A DNA stretch of 38,083 bases from Nitrospiraceae bacterium (GTDB lineage Bacteria > Nitrospirota > Nitrospiria > Nitrospirales > Nitrospiraceae), in assembly GCA_035273145.1 (NCBI GenBank), contig DATEPO010000278.1, forward strand, positions 1-38,083. Direction: 5' to 3'. The notes under the pieces are model-generated. The model was not told the origin of the DNA and made no database searches. It saw nothing but the letters and a program-made list of their open reading frames with translations. The number at the start of each line of letters is the position of its first letter. Within the stretch, counting starts at the first letter, position 1. Made by a program: the position numbers and the translations under genes. Below are positions 35,718 through 38,083 of this stretch, piece after piece.

Positions 35718-35999
35718 CTAGAGAAATTCGACCTGAAATTTCAATAGATCAACGGTCGGAACCGATCGAATCAAATTGAGACCTTGGTCCAAGACCCGAT
35801 TGACGTGTTGTTGTTCGTTGGCCACGCAAGCCATTCCAAGCACCGCCTTCTGCCAGAGCTCGTGATCTCCGACCTCTGCCACAGACACATTGAATTTTTC
35901 CCGTAGGCGGTCCTTCAGGCTCACAAGCACGTGCCGTTTCTCCTTCAGCGAGTGGCTTTCCGGAAGGAACAACTCAACGGTGCACAACCCGATAATCAT
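35718..35999 (-). CDS. DUF503 (YlxP-like) protein
   Basis: The ATG at 35999 gives MIIGLCTVELFLPESHSLKEKRHVLVSLKDRLREKFNVSVAEVGDHELWQKAVLGMACV, the DUF503 pattern. The gene has the conserved infB-rbfA position. The track start at 36059 overlaps infB. Confidence 0.8.
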   Translation of the reverse strand: MIIGLCTVELFLPESHSLKEKRHVLVSLKDRLREKFNVSVAEVGDHELWQKAVLGMACVANEQQHVNRVLDQGLNLIRSVPTVDLLKFQVEFL

Positions 36000-36033
36000 G
36001 ATGGAGCAGGAAAGAAGTACCAGGCAGGTGGCC

Positions 36034-38083
36034 CTATAACTTGGCCGCCACTTTATCAACGGTATAAACCTCGAGAATATCGCTCGGCTTCACATCGCTG
36101 AAATTTTCAACACCAATTCCGCACTCGTACCCTTGTTGCACTTCGCGCACATCATCCTTGAACCGCCGTAGCGACCCTAACTTTCCTTCGTAGACGACGA
36201 CATGATCTCGAATGACACGTACTCCCTCACTCGCCCTTGAAATGGTTCCGTCGATCACATAGCTCCCCGCAATCGTTCCGGCCTTGGGGATCGTAAAGAC
36301 CTGGCGCACTTCGGCCCGGCCCAACACCCGCTCCTTCAGCGTTGGCTCCAACAGCCCTTCCATGGCGGCTCTGATATCGGCGATCGCGTCATAAATAATG
36401 GTATAGAGCCGGATATCGACGCCTTCACGTTCCGCCAACGCAGCCGCTTTCGGCTCCGGCCGTATATTGAACCCGATGATGATGGCACGCGAGGCCGAGG
36501 CTAACAACACGTCCGTTTCTGTAATTCCGCCGACGCCGCTATGAATGACACGCAATTTCACGGCAGCCGTCGAGAGCTTTTGAACCGCATCCGAGAGCGC
36601 TTCCGCCGAACCTTGCACATCGGACTTGATCACCAACGCGAGTTCCTTGACATCGCCTTCCTTGATGCGAGCGTACAAGTCATCCAGGGTCACTCTACCG
36701 GACCCGGCCGCTAATTCGGTCGTCCGCTGCTTTTGCAATCGATCTTCAGCCACTTCTCGGGCGATTCGTTCATCAGCAACCACGACGAATTGATCGCCGG
36801 CCGCCGGCACACCAGGCAATCCGTTCACTTCAACGGGAACAGAAGGTCCGGCTTCCAAGACTTTGGCTCCCGTGTCTGAGACCAAAGCACGGACACGACC
36901 GCTGAATGTGCCGACGACAAACGCATCCCCAATACGAAGCGTCCCGCTCTGTACCAGGACCGTTGCCACAGGACCACGTCCACGCTCCAGTCTGGCTTCC
37001 ACCACGGCGCCCTTTGCCATTCGACTTGGATTCGCTTTCAGTTCCAACACCTCGGCCTGCAGCAAAATCATTTCAAGCAAGGTGTCGAGTCCCAACTTCT
37101 GCTTCGCGGATACTTCAACAAAGATGGTTTGTCCGCCCCACGCTTCAGGAATGAGGCTGTGCTCGGCCAACGCATGCTTGACCCGATCTATATTCGCACC
37201 CGGCTTATCGATTTTATTGACGGCCACAATGATCGGCACATTCGCCGCCGTGGCATGAGAAATCGCTTCGACGGTCTGTGGCATAACCCCATCGTCGGCA
37301 GCCACGACGAGAATGACGATATCGGTAATCTTAGCTCCGCGGGCCCGCATGGCGGTAAAGGCTTCATGGCCAGGGGTATCTAAAAAAGTAATTCGCTTTC
37401 CATTCGTCTGAACCACATACGCGCCGATGTGTTGCGTAATGCCGCCCGCCTCTTGCTCGGTGACTTTTGTCTCTCGAATCGCATCGAGCAGGGATGTCTT
37501 CCCATGGTCCACATGCCCCATAATGGTCACGACCGGAGGACGTGGTTCGAGAACCTCTTGCTCTGTGACTTCTGCGCCTGCATCCTCAAGAAGCGCTTCG
37601 CCCTCCTTGTCGGATGACACTTCGACCTTTACCCCGACCGACTCCGCTAACAGAACGGCCGCATCTAGATTGATCGGCTGGTTCATCGTGAGCATCTGTC
37701 CCATTTCCATTAACTTCCGAATCAGATCGCTGGGGCGCTGACCAATCAATTCGGCTAATTCTTTTACCGTAAGGCCTGATGATAGTTTAATAATCTTCTT
37801 CCGCGGCTTGGTAATTTCTGCGACAGGCGAGGGTTGAAGATGGCGAGACCGATCCTCACGACGGTGAACGGGAATAGCGCGCAGATCTTGCCACCGCGTC
37901 ACATCCGCCCGAACTTTCACGTCTTCTTCTTCGCGAGTCCGAACAGCCTTTTTCTGCTTCTTCAGCTTATCCTTCAAACCTTCTTCCGGGGTCAATGCGA
38001 CAATGTCGCGTTTCTTCTCTCCCGATACCACCGGCCGCGCGGGTGGTATGGTGGAAAGAGGAGAAGCGGTCGTCGGTCCGGCA
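36034..38083 (-). CDS. infB: Translation initiation factor IF-2; the N-terminus runs off the right window edge
   Basis: The GTPase domain shows [24 protein letters not shown] and NKID. The track start at 38031 is only an internal GTG. The frame stays open to position 38083 with no in-frame stop. Confidence 0.95.
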   Translation of the reverse strand, partial: AGPTTASPLSTIPPARPVVSGEKKRDIVALTPEEGLKDKLKKQKKAVRTREEEDVKVRADVTRWQDLRAIPVHRREDRSRHLQPSPVAEITKPRKKIIKLSSGLTVKELAELIGQRPSDLIRKLMEMGQMLTMNQPINLDAAVLLAESVGVKVEVSSDKEGEALLEDAGAEVTEQEVLEPRPPVVTIMGHVDHGKTSLLDAIRETKVTEQEAGGITQHIGAYVVQTNGKRITFLDTPGHEAFTAMRARGAKITDIVILVVAADDGVMPQTVEAISHATAANVPIIVAVNKIDKPGANIDRVKHALAEHSLIPEAWGGQTIFVEVSAKQKLGLDTLLEMILLQAEVLELKANPSRMAKGAVVEARLERGRGPVATVLVQSGTLRIGDAFVVGTFSGRVRALVSDTGAKVLEAGPSVPVEVNGLPGVPAAGDQFVVVADERIAREVAEDRLQKQRTTELAAGSGRVTLDDLYARIKEGDVKELALVIKSDVQGSAEALSDAVQKLSTAAVKLRVIHSGVGGITETDVLLASASRAIIIGFNIRPEPKAAALAEREGVDIRLYTIIYDAIADIRAAMEGLLEPTLKERVLGRAEVRQVFTIPKAGTIAGSYVIDGTISRASEGVRVIRDHVVVYEGKLGSLRRFKDDVREVQQGYECGIGVENFSDVKPSDILEVYTVDKVAAKL

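Noticed and set aside
6013-36059. The maximal ORF-track starts at 6053, 6741, 8279, 12156, 13546, 30268, 33865 and 36059.
   Set aside because: Each extension overlaps the upstream gene or adds non-homologous, low-complexity residues. An internal ATG with a better SD and homology-consistent N-terminus exists in each case. The trimmed starts are still inferences.
1-38083. A window-wide look for CRISPR arrays, transposases or IS ends, integrases, toxin-antitoxin pairs, restriction-modification or other defence genes, rRNA genes and inteins.
   Set aside because: None was seen. No spaced repeat arrays were found, and no ORF had recombinase, nuclease or defence hallmarks. Apart from the pilus cluster and the two secreted proteins, all large ORFs are accounted for by housekeeping families.

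Overview
The window reads as a chromosomal segment from a mid-50s % GC (by eye) bacterium. Gene content and synteny resemble Nitrospirota- or Geobacter-type genomes, for example cimA next to lysC and an ApgM-like gene between hom and thrC. That taxonomic guess is inference only. About 70 % of the window is tightly packed housekeeping. On the minus strand this includes infB-DUF503-rbfA-truB-rpsO-pnp-M16 peptidase, an aminotransferase-hom-apgM-like-thrC-lysC-cimA block, ihfA-merR-tRNA-Pro and cysS-rlmB. On the plus strand it is pdxJ-acpS-nnr-tsaE-lapA-like-mutS. The accessory part is the left 10.9 kb. It is a co-directional minus-strand type IV pilus array: pilD, then two divergent but complete minor-pilin quartets, a small unknown membrane protein, and a PilY1-like gene of at least 1099 codons. 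The PilY1 gene is missing from the supplied ORF track because it runs off the window edge without a stop. A second small accessory spot at 28.9-30.4 kb holds two apparently paralogous secreted proteins of unknown function, with their own near-consensus promoter and a long leader, between mutS and the pnp operon. I found no CRISPR array, transposase, integrase, toxin-antitoxin pair or recognisable defence genes. The best candidates for something undescribed are the double minor-pilin module with its oversized E5-less pilin and the orphan membrane protein, and the secreted-protein pair. All calls rest on motif recognition by eye; no database search or HMM was run. The ORF track also uses GTG/TTG starts (3760 is TTG, 22373 and 38031 are GTG) and reports maximal ORFs, so I trimmed several starts.
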